Shown one piece after another: positions 49,583 through 58,340 of a stretch of 64,000 nucleotides of DNA. A program made the position numbers and the translations under genes. The DNA comes from Vulcanimicrobiota bacterium. GTDB taxonomy: Bacteria > Vulcanimicrobiota > Vulcanimicrobiia > Vulcanimicrobiales > Vulcanimicrobiaceae. The first letter of the stretch is position 1. Every line of letters starts with the position of its first letter. The notes under the pieces were generated by a model. That model had not been told where the DNA came from and did no database searches. It saw only the letters and a program-made list of their open reading frames with translations. The stretch covers positions 512,001 through 576,000 of the forward strand of contig CAWGBN010000008.1 of assembly GCA_963820825.1 (NCBI GenBank). Direction: 5' to 3'.

Positions 49583-50140
49583 GTGTTCCGAAGATTCGCG
49601 CTGATGCTCGCGCTCGCGCTGCGTTCGCCGGCGCTGGACGGATTCGGGCGCCGATTGGCGGGATTCGACCGTCGCGCACTATCAAGCGTCGCACACGATC
49701 TACGTGTTGACGCTGCCGGGATTCGGCGGGCGCCGTCCGATCGCGGGGCCGATGCTCGATACCGTCGACCACGACATCTCGACGTTCTTGGCGTCGACTC
49801 GCCGAGGACCACGGCGAATCTCATTCGCGGAGCGGCGAACATCGACGGTCTGCGACGGTCTTCGTCCAGGGCACGGATACGCTGCGACCGGAACAGCGCT
49901 ACCTGCAGGCGATGATGTCCGCCGATATTCGGCCGGGTCTGGCGAACGTCAAGGTGCCGCTGCTCGAGATCGGTCCGTTCGATGCGACCGTCGACCCGAA
50001 CAATCCATTTACCCCGATGCCGACGCTCGCCGCAAAACAGACGTACTACGCCAAGCTGCTCGCCAACGATCCGACCGCGAAGGTGGAGATGGTGGACAAC
50101 TCGCGCCATTTTATCATGCTCGACCAGCCTGCCCAGCTAG
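49583..50140 (+). pseudogene. Alpha/beta hydrolase remnant (frameshifts and internal deletion)
   Basis: LTLPGFGG and SRHFIMLDQP are retained; the GxSxG region is missing. Confidence 0.6.
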
Positions 50141-50173
50141 GATGCCGGGCGCCGGCGGCGGAACGGTTGGGGG

Positions 50174-50680
50174 ATGAAAATACGCACTTCTCTCTATGCC
50201 GCGGCGGCGTTGTCGCTCGTCGCTTCGGTTTTCGCCGAGAGCCCGGCGCGAGCCGACGATCTGACCGCAAAGATGACACACTATAGCTACCTGCTCGGAG
50301 CGCCGTGGAGCTGCACGACGAACGTTCCGGCGATGGGCGATCAGCCCGCGCGCACGGACATCGGGACGGCCACCTTTGACGCTGTGCCCGCAAACGTAGT
50401 TCACAATCATGTGCAGACCCCAACGTATGCCGGCGATTTTTATTTCGGCTACAGCGATCGAATGAGCAGCTACTGGCAGACGAGCGCCGACAATCTCGGC
50501 GGCCACGGTTTTCTCACCTCGAGTGACGGCAACACGTACACCGGGACGTCGTCGATGGGACCGATGTCTATGCAGGACACCGTCACTTATACGAAAGTGA
50601 CGCCGAACAAAGTGACCGTGCACGAGGTTCTCTCGGGCGGTCCGATGGCGGGAACCTTCGACACGGTCTGCACGCGCTAA
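50174..50680 (+). CDS. Hypothetical secreted protein
   Basis: Signal peptide; YLLGAPWSC...C-terminal CTR; paralog of the 53785 protein. Confidence 0.8.
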   Translation: MKIRTSLYAAAALSLVASVFAESPARADDLTAKMTHYSYLLGAPWSCTTNVPAMGDQPARTDIGTATFDAVPANVVHNHVQTPTYAGDFYFGYSDRMSSYWQTSADNLGGHGFLTSSDGNTYTGTSSMGPMSMQDTVTYTKVTPNKVTVHEVLSGGPMAGTFDTVCTR

Positions 50681-50762
50681 AACGCAGAGGCGTCAACCGA
50701 GCGCGATTCCGCTTCGCGCAACGCGCGGATGACTTCGCGCATGGGGTGCTAATACTCGCTCC

Positions 50763-51725
50763 ATGAAGCCTGCATCGTACGCCGCTCTACTGATCGTGCT
50801 CCCGGTTCTTGCCGGCTGCTCCAACGCAACGCCGACGCAACCGGCGATACCGCAAACCGAGTCCGCCGCTTCTCGCGCCGGCTCGCTGAGCGAACTCTTC
50901 AATCTCGATTACTCCAACGGATCGATTACCGTCTTTTCCATTCAAGGCGGCAAGGCGACGCAGACTGCGAAGTTTACTCCGGGACACGGGCACGCGCAGG
51001 GCCTTGCATCGGATGCGCAGGGCATGATCTACACGACCGTGACCAACGCGAAGGCCAAGCGATGCGCCGCGTGCGTTGAGGTCTTCACCGATGCCGGCAA
51101 GCTCGTCGACCGGCTTGAAGCGCCGGTGCTGCAAGGCGCCTCGGGCGCGCCCTCGCTAACCGACGTCTCCGTCGACACACACGACAATGTCTACGTGAGC
51201 GATTACGGCCAACAAGCAGTGTACTTCTTCCGCCACGGCCAGAAGCATACTCCAACGATCGTCGTGCAAAACTCGTCAAACGCCGCATCGGTCTTGTCGA
51301 CGCCGAATGGCATGAACGTTTTGATTTCCGGCGGATGCGGGTTCGCCAGCGTGGCGCCCTTCACGCGCGTAAGCCGTGGAAAGTACACGCAAGGCTCCTG
51401 CTTCGGCATCGGCACGATCGCCCTGATCGGCGGAGCCACGGACGATAAAGAGGATGTGATCACGCCCGTCGACGGAGCGCCGGGGCTCGTGTCGGTTTCA
51501 TCGCCAAGCGGCGGATCGTCGTTTCGAGTGCCCGACCCACTTGGATCGATTAGCGGCGTCGCGCTGAACAGTGACGCTTCAGTCGCTTACGTGGCGGACC
51601 ATCGTAAGGAATGCGTCTATGCCTTCGCACGCCCGGCGAACGGATGGCTATCGAAGGCTAAACCCAAACTGCTGGCGACATATAAGGGATTCAAGAATCT
51701 CGACATCATCGCGGTCTCTCAGTAA
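50763..51725 (+). CDS. Beta-propeller lipoprotein
   Basis: Lipobox LAGC; NHL-like blades (VSVDTHDNVYVSDY). Confidence 0.8.
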   Translation: MKPASYAALLIVLPVLAGCSNATPTQPAIPQTESAASRAGSLSELFNLDYSNGSITVFSIQGGKATQTAKFTPGHGHAQGLASDAQGMIYTTVTNAKAKRCAACVEVFTDAGKLVDRLEAPVLQGASGAPSLTDVSVDTHDNVYVSDYGQQAVYFFRHGQKHTPTIVVQNSSNAASVLSTPNGMNVLISGGCGFASVAPFTRVSRGKYTQGSCFGIGTIALIGGATDDKEDVITPVDGAPGLVSVSSPSGGSSFRVPDPLGSISGVALNSDASVAYVADHRKECVYAFARPANGWLSKAKPKLLATYKGFKNLDIIAVSQ

Positions 51726-51954
51726 ATCGCCCGGGGCGTTGCGTCACCATAAGCTGCACTTCGGCATCACCTGAGCTAGCGTCGAAGACGAAATGTCGCT
51801 GCAACCGGCGCGGCGGCAGGCCTGCAATTGGCGCAGCGCGACGGCGCTAATGTTCGAGGCCTCAGCTTAGGTGATTTCAGGAGCTCAGCTCACGTGCACA
51901 GTCCGCATCGTCACGTCGCAAAGGCTCCCCGCGATCGCCATAAACTCGTTTAGC

Positions 51955-51987
51955 AAAAAACGCTGCCGGAGTCGTTTAGCGGCAGCG
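51955..51987 (-). terminator. Intrinsic terminator on the minus strand
   Basis: CGCTGCCG-N11-CGGCAGCG followed by T6 on the minus strand. Confidence 0.7.
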
Positions 51988-52157
51988 GAATGTTGTCAAA
52001 CAGACACGCGCCCACCGCTCACAACCACGGAGCATCCGCGGATTTTCTTTCGCCGGTTCTCTCGCGGGAGACCCTAAATAAATGGGCCGGTCGCAGTGAA
52101 CTTCATGACGCAGGATCCTTCGTGGCAGATTGTACGTAAAGGCCGCATCATGGGTAT

Positions 52158-52445
52158 GTGACCGATCGTAAGTACGCCGCCCTAGCGGCTCTCTCCGCCG
52201 CTATCCGGCGGCGACGTCTAGCGCTAGGCCTTACGCAGGAAGACGTCGCCTTCCAAGCTGGCTTGAGCGTCCGGCACTATCAGTCACTGGAATCCGGAGC
52301 GCTAAATCCGTCTTACCTCGTGATTCGGTCAGTGGCGAACGCTCTAGCTATTGGAGTATCACCGCTGCTTTCCGATGCAGAGATCCGGCGGGCTCCAAGT
52401 CAGCAGAAATCGGGGCGACCCCAGCGTCGCCGCCAGCAAGAGTAA
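52158..52445 (+). CDS. XRE-family HTH regulator (controller-like)
   Basis: IRRRRLALGLTQEDVAFQAGLSVRHYQSLESG. Confidence 0.9.
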   Translation: MTDRKYAALAALSAAIRRRRLALGLTQEDVAFQAGLSVRHYQSLESGALNPSYLVIRSVANALAIGVSPLLSDAEIRRAPSQQKSGRPQRRRQQE

Positions 52446-53620
52446 TGCCACGCTCGTCGCGACGCACTTGGGTCGAGGATGTCGTCGACTACTTCCGCGA
52501 ACTCGGTGGTGAAGCTCACTATTCGGAACTTTATCGTTACATCGAGCAAAATCCACGACGGCCGCTAGGTCGATCTTGGCAAGCCGTGGTCCGCCGAACG
52601 ATTGAGGAGCATTCTTCGGACTCGACCATCTGGCACAAACGCAGACTTCCAGACTTATTCCGCTCGGCCCACGGATTGGGAGAAGGTCGTTGGGCTCTTA
52701 GAAATCCAAATGTTGGCCACAGCCATCTAATTCTGCGTTCCAATGCCGACTCACCGTGGAATGACGCAGACGGCATAAGCTACCAGTTTGGCCGCACCGT
52801 CCCGAACTGGACGAGAGTCAAACCAGGAGACGAGGCGCTCATCGAGCGTATTGTCGATGGCCAACACTACCTAATCGGCGCAGGAACTATAGGAAGCATC
52901 ACCGAGGATGACGGCGGCAGATTTCTGGCGCGGTATTCGCGGTATGAGAATTTCGCCCAACCCATACCGCTCCCTCAACAATTCGCAGCATCAATCAGCG
53001 CGCTAGCCGGTTACAATGCGCAACATTCCATATCTATAATTCCTGAAAGTCTGTTCCTGCCGCTGCTTGACGAAATTCGTGTAGTGGAAAAGGCGAAGGT
53101 TGTAGCCGAAGAGGTTCGAGGGCCGACGTACGAACGTGGCGGTAGCGAAGCGCCTAAACGGCGGCCAATCGGCGATCGGCCTCCGCGACCATCGACTAGG
53201 GATTTGGCCAAGAGCGACCCCGAGGCTCGCCGACAAGCACTTGAAAGAAGACAAACGGCGCATCATGATCTGCTGCTAACTTTCCGGAAAGCGTGCGAGC
53301 GGAGCAACGTCGACGTCGACTGCACCCAGTATGCGGATGCGCTAGCAAGTGGATGGATCTTCGAAATGAAGACTATCGAGAACGATGCTGTAAGCCAGGT
53401 TCGCGCCGCTCTTGGACAACTCTATCATTACCTTTTTCTCCACCGCGACTTTCCGGGATATAGCGAAGCCGGGTTATGCATGGTTCTGGACATGGAAATT
53501 GATCAGCAATTGGTGTTCTTTTTGGTCGCGAAGGCGAACATCAGCGTTATTTGGCTCAAAAGCGGGAGTTTCGTTGGCGCGGGTCGCGTGTTGGAGACAC
53601 TCCGATGGCTGTTTGATTAG
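52445..53620 (+). CDS. Putative modification-dependent restriction endonuclease (wH + PUA/EVE-like + PD-(D/E)XK)
   Basis: N-terminal winged-helix pattern; central VKPGD...GAGTI...SISII; ADAL...FEMKT...QVRAALGQLYHY; visibly lower GC; TAATG coupling to the XRE gene. Confidence 0.65.
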   Translation: MPRSSRRTWVEDVVDYFRELGGEAHYSELYRYIEQNPRRPLGRSWQAVVRRTIEEHSSDSTIWHKRRLPDLFRSAHGLGEGRWALRNPNVGHSHLILRSNADSPWNDADGISYQFGRTVPNWTRVKPGDEALIERIVDGQHYLIGAGTIGSITEDDGGRFLARYSRYENFAQPIPLPQQFAASISALAGYNAQHSISIIPESLFLPLLDEIRVVEKAKVVAEEVRGPTYERGGSEAPKRRPIGDRPPRPSTRDLAKSDPEARRQALERRQTAHHDLLLTFRKACERSNVDVDCTQYADALASGWIFEMKTIENDAVSQVRAALGQLYHYLFLHRDFPGYSEAGLCMVLDMEIDQQLVFFLVAKANISVIWLKSGSFVGAGRVLETLRWLFD

Positions 53621-53666
53621 CGTCACAGCACGCCCACTCGCCGGTCGTACCGGACGCGCACCACTT

Positions 53667-53745
53667 CGGCCTTGTCGAAGCGATCCATAGAATTGCGTGT
53701 ACCCACGCTTCGACAGGCCCAGCCCTTCGACTCCGCGCTGCGGGC
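53667..53745. repeat. Cluster of degenerate REP-like fragments
   Basis: CCTTGTCGAAG, CTTCGACAGGCCCAGC, CCCTTCGACTCCG. Confidence 0.5.
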
Positions 53746-53784
53746 GTAACGGGAGCAGCGGGCAAGGCCTACCGCCGCGACAGG

Positions 53785-54348
53785 TTACGTCTTGGTGCAG
53801 GTCTCCTTGACGTTCACGACGCGGCCGCTCGTTTCGGTGAACGACGTCGTCATCGTCTTCTTGGTATCGCTGACCTTGGTAAAAACTTCCGGTTCGTACG
53901 ATGCGATGTCGGGCGACTTCGTCTGGATGACGTAGGTGTAGGTCTTCTTGTTGCCGGTCGCCATCGGCGCCGTCGCGACTGAGTAGCCGCCCAGATCGCC
54001 GGTAACGATGCGAACCCATTGCTTTGCCGCGGCGTCCCACGTGTACTTGGTTTCACTTTGGAAGGTGCGCGGAATCCACGACGCCTTGTGAGTCGTCGAT
54101 ACCTTCATCATCCAATAGCCGGTGGAATCCATCGAGTAGACTTCCGTGACGTTGAACGGGCCGGGGCGCCGCGAGCTCATGTCGACGCAGTTCCAGGTGC
54201 CGACGAGGAACTTCATCCCCGAGAAATCCGGCTTGGGCCGCATCGGAACCGGCGTCCCCTCGACCGTCGGAGTCGCGGCAAGCGCCGCCGCGCCGCCGAT
54301 CGTAACGAGTAGCGATAAAGCAAAAAGAAAACGTGCTGACTTAAACAT
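53785..54348 (-). CDS. Hypothetical secreted protein
   Basis: AAGGAGG RBS; signal peptide; FLVGTWNC...CTK. Confidence 0.8.
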   Translation of the reverse strand: MFKSARFLFALSLLVTIGGAAALAATPTVEGTPVPMRPKPDFSGMKFLVGTWNCVDMSSRRPGPFNVTEVYSMDSTGYWMMKVSTTHKASWIPRTFQSETKYTWDAAAKQWVRIVTGDLGGYSVATAPMATGNKKTYTYVIQTKSPDIASYEPEVFTKVSDTKKTMTTSFTETSGRVVNVKETCTKT

Positions 54349-54462
54349 GGGCAAAGCCCTCCTTGCAGATCGCTCTTCGCAAGCAAGCGGTGGCCTCCTG
54401 TGCCACCTTCGGAGGCGTCGCCGTTACGGTTCAGAACGCGCTGGAGCTGCTTGAGTAGCCGC

Positions 54463-54502
54463 CCTTCAACTTCGGCGCTACGCGCCTTCGCTCAGGATGA
54501 CA
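54463..54502 (-). repeat. REP-like palindromic repeat
   Basis: Reverse complement TGTCATCCTGAGCGAAGGCGCGTAGCGCCGAAGTTGAAGG. Confidence 0.85.
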
Positions 54503-54511
54503 CCGCTTGCG

Positions 54512-55684
54512 TTACGGCGTTAGTTCGAAAACGGTGCCTTTTTGTTTGGCGCCGCCGGCGGCGGTCGTGCCGTAGAGTTTGCCGTTGACGGCGATCATGG
54601 CCGAGTGCGGCGTGCTCCCTTCGCGGATTGCAAACGTGTGCACCACTTGGAACGTGCCGTCGGGCTTTACCTCAAAGATCGTTCCCTGATTTTTCGATCC
54701 GTATTTTGGCGCCGTTCCGTAGAGTGCACCGTCAAGCACGGCGAGCCCGGCGATCGGAGAGCCGCCGTCGTTGTGGCTCAAGTTGTGAACGATCCGTTCG
54801 CTCCCGTCTTTTTTCACTTCGAAGATCGTGCCGCAGCAACTCTTGCCCCCGCCCCGCGTCGTGCCGTAGAGCGCGCCGTTGAGCGCCGCAAGCTTACTCT
54901 CCGGATTGAAGCCGTCATCGTTACCCGCGCCGCCGGCAAAACTGTAGAGCACGCGTTCCTTGCCGTTGGGTGAAATTTCGAAAACCGTTCCTCGGTCGTG
55001 CGCGCCGCCTTGGTACGTGGTGCCGTACAGGTGACTATCTAAGAGTTCGAGGCCGGCCAAGGGGTTTGCGCCGTCGGCGGCGCCCCCGAAGCTGTGCAAG
55101 ACGCGTTCTTGACCATCGGGCGTCACCGAAAAGACCGTGCCCATGTTGTGAGCGCCGCCGCGATCGGTCGTGCCGTAGAAGGCGCCGAAGACGTTGATGA
55201 GGTCGCCGTGGAGATTGGCGCCGTTGCTCCCGTTGAAGTTGAAGATGATACGGAACGTTCCATCGGGCTTGATTTCATAGACGGTACCGTGGTTCGACGA
55301 TCCGCCGTCCAGCGTCGTACCGTAGAACGCGTGGCCGAGATGGATGAGACCGCCTTTCGGAGTACCGGCGTCGCCGTACGCGCTCGAGAAGCTGTACAGC
55401 ACGCGCTCGTTGCCGTCGGACTGAACTTCGAAGACCGTGCCGATGTTGTACTTTCCGCCGGAATAGGTCGTTCCGTAGAACGCGCCGTTGTTTTCGACGA
55501 GCCGCGCCTCGGGCTTCACGCCGTCGCCCAGACCTTTGAAGCTGTATATCAAGCGGTATGTGGAGTCTGCGGTTCGCGCTTGCGTCGCGGATGCGCCGCT
55601 GGGCAGCGGCGTCAAGGCAGTCTGGTGGGCGCAACCGGCAAGCAATACCAAGGGCAGAGCGCAAACGGAAAAACGGTAGAGCAT
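54512..55684 (-). CDS. GloVer-type tandem-repeat lipoprotein
   Basis: Lipobox LAGC; seven repeats of YGTTxxGG...GT(V/I)FE...LxSF. Confidence 0.88.
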   Translation of the reverse strand: MLYRFSVCALPLVLLAGCAHQTALTPLPSGASATQARTADSTYRLIYSFKGLGDGVKPEARLVENNGAFYGTTYSGGKYNIGTVFEVQSDGNERVLYSFSSAYGDAGTPKGGLIHLGHAFYGTTLDGGSSNHGTVYEIKPDGTFRIIFNFNGSNGANLHGDLINVFGAFYGTTDRGGAHNMGTVFSVTPDGQERVLHSFGGAADGANPLAGLELLDSHLYGTTYQGGAHDRGTVFEISPNGKERVLYSFAGGAGNDDGFNPESKLAALNGALYGTTRGGGKSCCGTIFEVKKDGSERIVHNLSHNDGGSPIAGLAVLDGALYGTAPKYGSKNQGTIFEVKPDGTFQVVHTFAIREGSTPHSAMIAVNGKLYGTTAAGGAKQKGTVFELTP

Positions 55685-55757
55685 CAAAGCCTCCTTGAGC
55701 AAAGTATTCGAACGCGTTCGAACGCGGCCCTGGCGCGGTCCAAACACGGATCGCGGC

Positions 55758-55796
55758 CCTTCGACACGGGCGCTACGCGCCCGGCTCAGGGTGACA
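55758..55796 (-). repeat. REP-like palindromic repeat
   Basis: Reverse complement TGTCACCCTGAGCCGGGCGCGTAGCGCCCGTGTCGAAGG. Confidence 0.85.
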
Positions 55797-55824
55797 CGCC
55801 GTAGGAAAGCGAATCAAGCGAGCT

Positions 55825-57543
55825 ATGCGCTCCATCGTTACTGCGGGAATCCTACTTTCGCTGATCGGCGCGGCGCCGAATGAGAATCCGTCGATGCAGA
55901 GCCTAATTCGCCAGCGCGTACGCTACGTGTTTGTGATCTATCAGGAGAACCGCTCGTTCGACCATTACTTCGGGACGTTTCCCGGCGCGAACGGCATCTA
56001 TACTCCGGCAGCGCGCTCGCAAGGGTTCACGCAGTACAACCCGCTCGCGGAGCGGCAGACGCATGCGTTTCGCGTCGTCGAGCCCCAGATCGGGCTGTTG
56101 AGCAACGCGCGCACGCTCTTCGACGCGTCGATCAACGGCGGCGCGATGGACGGGTTCGTCGCGCAGGAGGCCGCTTGGGCGCAAAAGCTGCCGCCCGTCG
56201 TGCAGAAGAGGCTCGGTATGACCAACCCCGCCGACGCGGTCTCGGTCGGCGACGAGTCGATGGCGCACGTCGATTGCGATACGATTCCTTACCTCTGGAG
56301 CTACGCAAGCCGCTTCGCGCTCTTCGATTCGTTCTTTCAAGGCGCGCGCGCGCCGTCGACGCCGAGCAACATCGAGATCATCGCGGCGCAGAACGGCGAG
56401 ACGGAGTACCGGCGTTACGGCTCTACTGGGCCGCCGTACACGCAGCAGCAGGTCGGGGCGGCCGCCCGCGGCGTGCCGGTCTGGGTCGATCTCGACCCCG
56501 CGTGGGGCCCCTACAACGATGAAGATTCCAGCCCAATAAAAGAGGTCGATCAAACGTATGCCAACGTGCTGCTGAATCTCGAAGGCGCCGAGGCCGGCAA
56601 ACTGACGAAGTACACGCAGGATATCGGCGACGACATCGCGTTCCTTCGTGCGAAGAATCAAACGCCGGTGAACTGGACGTGGTACGAGCAGGGCTACGAC
56701 AATCCGGCCGATCCCAAGCACCTTACCTTAGTGACGCACCATCTTGCGCCGCACTATTTCGGCTACGTTGCCAACAATCCGACGATGGATCGGCACGTCG
56801 CCGACGTTACGCAGTTTACATCCGACGTCGAGCAAGGCAAACTCGGCGACGGCGGGCTCTTCTATTTAAAGGGCGGCTTCGCGAGCAATCTTGGCCTCAA
56901 GCCCGCCGGCGCCGCGCCGCAGACGTTCATTGGCGACGACGATCATCCGGGCGAGTCCGATTCGCAGATCGCCGAGGCCGATGTCGCCGCATTCGTCAAT
57001 ACCATCGCGCACAGCAAATACTGGAATCAGTCGGCGATCGTCGTTACCTGGGACGATCCCGGCGGCTTCTGGGATCACGTGGCGCCGCCGCAGTGGCTGG
57101 TCTGTCCCGACGGCAATCCCTGCGGCAACGGGGAACGCGTGCCGCTGATCCTCATCTCGCCGTATGCGCGCACCGAGGTCGTGCACGAGTACGACGATCA
57201 GGCGTCGGTAATCAAGTTCGTCGAGCATCTCTTCGATCGCACGCCGCTCGCAAAGCTGCCCGACGAGGCGCGCTACATGCCCTACGGTCCGCGCGACGCA
57301 ACCGATGAAACCGGCGATTTAACGGGCGGGTTCGACCGAGCGCGCCTGAGCGGCGACAAGCCGCCGATTCCGCCGACCGACGCGGAGATCTCCGACGACG
57401 TCGTTCGCACCGTTCCTAGTTCGTGGTCGTGCAGGTCGATCGGCGTTCAGCCGGTCCCGCCACCGGCGGGCATCTCCGATGCCCCGCCGCCAGGCTTCAA
57501 TCCGCATGTCCTGGTGGTGCCATTCCCGACGCCGTCGCCGTAA
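55825..57543 (+). CDS. Phosphoesterase (phospholipase C / AcpA family)
   Basis: YQENRSFDHYFG, DDHPG, GGFWDHV, RVPLILISP. Confidence 0.9.
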   Translation: MRSIVTAGILLSLIGAAPNENPSMQSLIRQRVRYVFVIYQENRSFDHYFGTFPGANGIYTPAARSQGFTQYNPLAERQTHAFRVVEPQIGLLSNARTLFDASINGGAMDGFVAQEAAWAQKLPPVVQKRLGMTNPADAVSVGDESMAHVDCDTIPYLWSYASRFALFDSFFQGARAPSTPSNIEIIAAQNGETEYRRYGSTGPPYTQQQVGAAARGVPVWVDLDPAWGPYNDEDSSPIKEVDQTYANVLLNLEGAEAGKLTKYTQDIGDDIAFLRAKNQTPVNWTWYEQGYDNPADPKHLTLVTHHLAPHYFGYVANNPTMDRHVADVTQFTSDVEQGKLGDGGLFYLKGGFASNLGLKPAGAAPQTFIGDDDHPGESDSQIAEADVAAFVNTIAHSKYWNQSAIVVTWDDPGGFWDHVAPPQWLVCPDGNPCGNGERVPLILISPYARTEVVHEYDDQASVIKFVEHLFDRTPLAKLPDEARYMPYGPRDATDETGDLTGGFDRARLSGDKPPIPPTDAEISDDVVRTVPSSWSCRSIGVQPVPPPAGISDAPPPGFNPHVLVVPFPTPSP

Positions 57544-57671
57544 GGTGGAGTGCTCCCAGAGCGAGCATCCCCAGGACTGCACGGCTGCGCCGCGATGATT
57601 CAAAGATGCCTTCCCTCCTTCGCCCGAATCTTCAGCATGAACGACTCGCCGTCCCGGCAAAGTGCGACCGT

Positions 57672-58241
57672 ATGGTTCGCGACGCGGGGTTGGCGATCGG
57701 AGCGATGTGGTTGGCATTTATCCTCTTCTGGGCAGTCGAAGCGACCCGGGCAAAACGCCGCGCGCGAGGCTCGGTACTGCCGAATCTCATTCGAATCCTC
57801 GCGCTCTTCGCGATCGTGCTGTCGCTTCGAATTTCGTTCGGTGCGCATCTCTTGCGGCAATCGGCGGGTCCGCTGGTCTCCAACCCCGTCGCTGCAATCG
57901 CGGGCGCGGTTCTCTGTGCGCTGGGGATCGGCATCGCCGTTTGGGCGCGCATCTATTTGGGGCGCAACTGGGGCATGCCGATGTCGCTCCGCGAGGGTCA
58001 CGAGCTCGTCACGAACGGACCGTATGCGTACGTGCGCCATCCAATCTACTCCGGCATCTTCCTGGCGCTGATCGGAACCGCGGTCGTTGAAGACCGCTTG
58101 TGGATCGTGTTTCTCGCGGTCTTCTTCGCCTATTTCATTTATGCCGCCAAGGTTGAGGAAAAGACGATGCTCGAGCAGTTTCCCAACGAGTATCCGGCCT
58201 ATGCGCGCCGCACGAAAATGCTCGTTCCGTTCGTGCATTGA
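57672..58241 (+). CDS. Isoprenylcysteine carboxyl methyltransferase family protein
   Basis: LGRNW...LVTNGPYAYVRHPIY...EE...F...Y. Confidence 0.9.
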   Translation: MVRDAGLAIGAMWLAFILFWAVEATRAKRRARGSVLPNLIRILALFAIVLSLRISFGAHLLRQSAGPLVSNPVAAIAGAVLCALGIGIAVWARIYLGRNWGMPMSLREGHELVTNGPYAYVRHPIYSGIFLALIGTAVVEDRLWIVFLAVFFAYFIYAAKVEEKTMLEQFPNEYPAYARRTKMLVPFVH

Positions 58242-58340
58242 ATCGAGTGCCAAGAGCCTGAATTAGGCTCGTTTCGCCGTGGCCGGCTCACGGCCAGCAT
58301 GTTAGCGTAAACGTAACGCATTGCCGTAAGGAGAGAAGCC

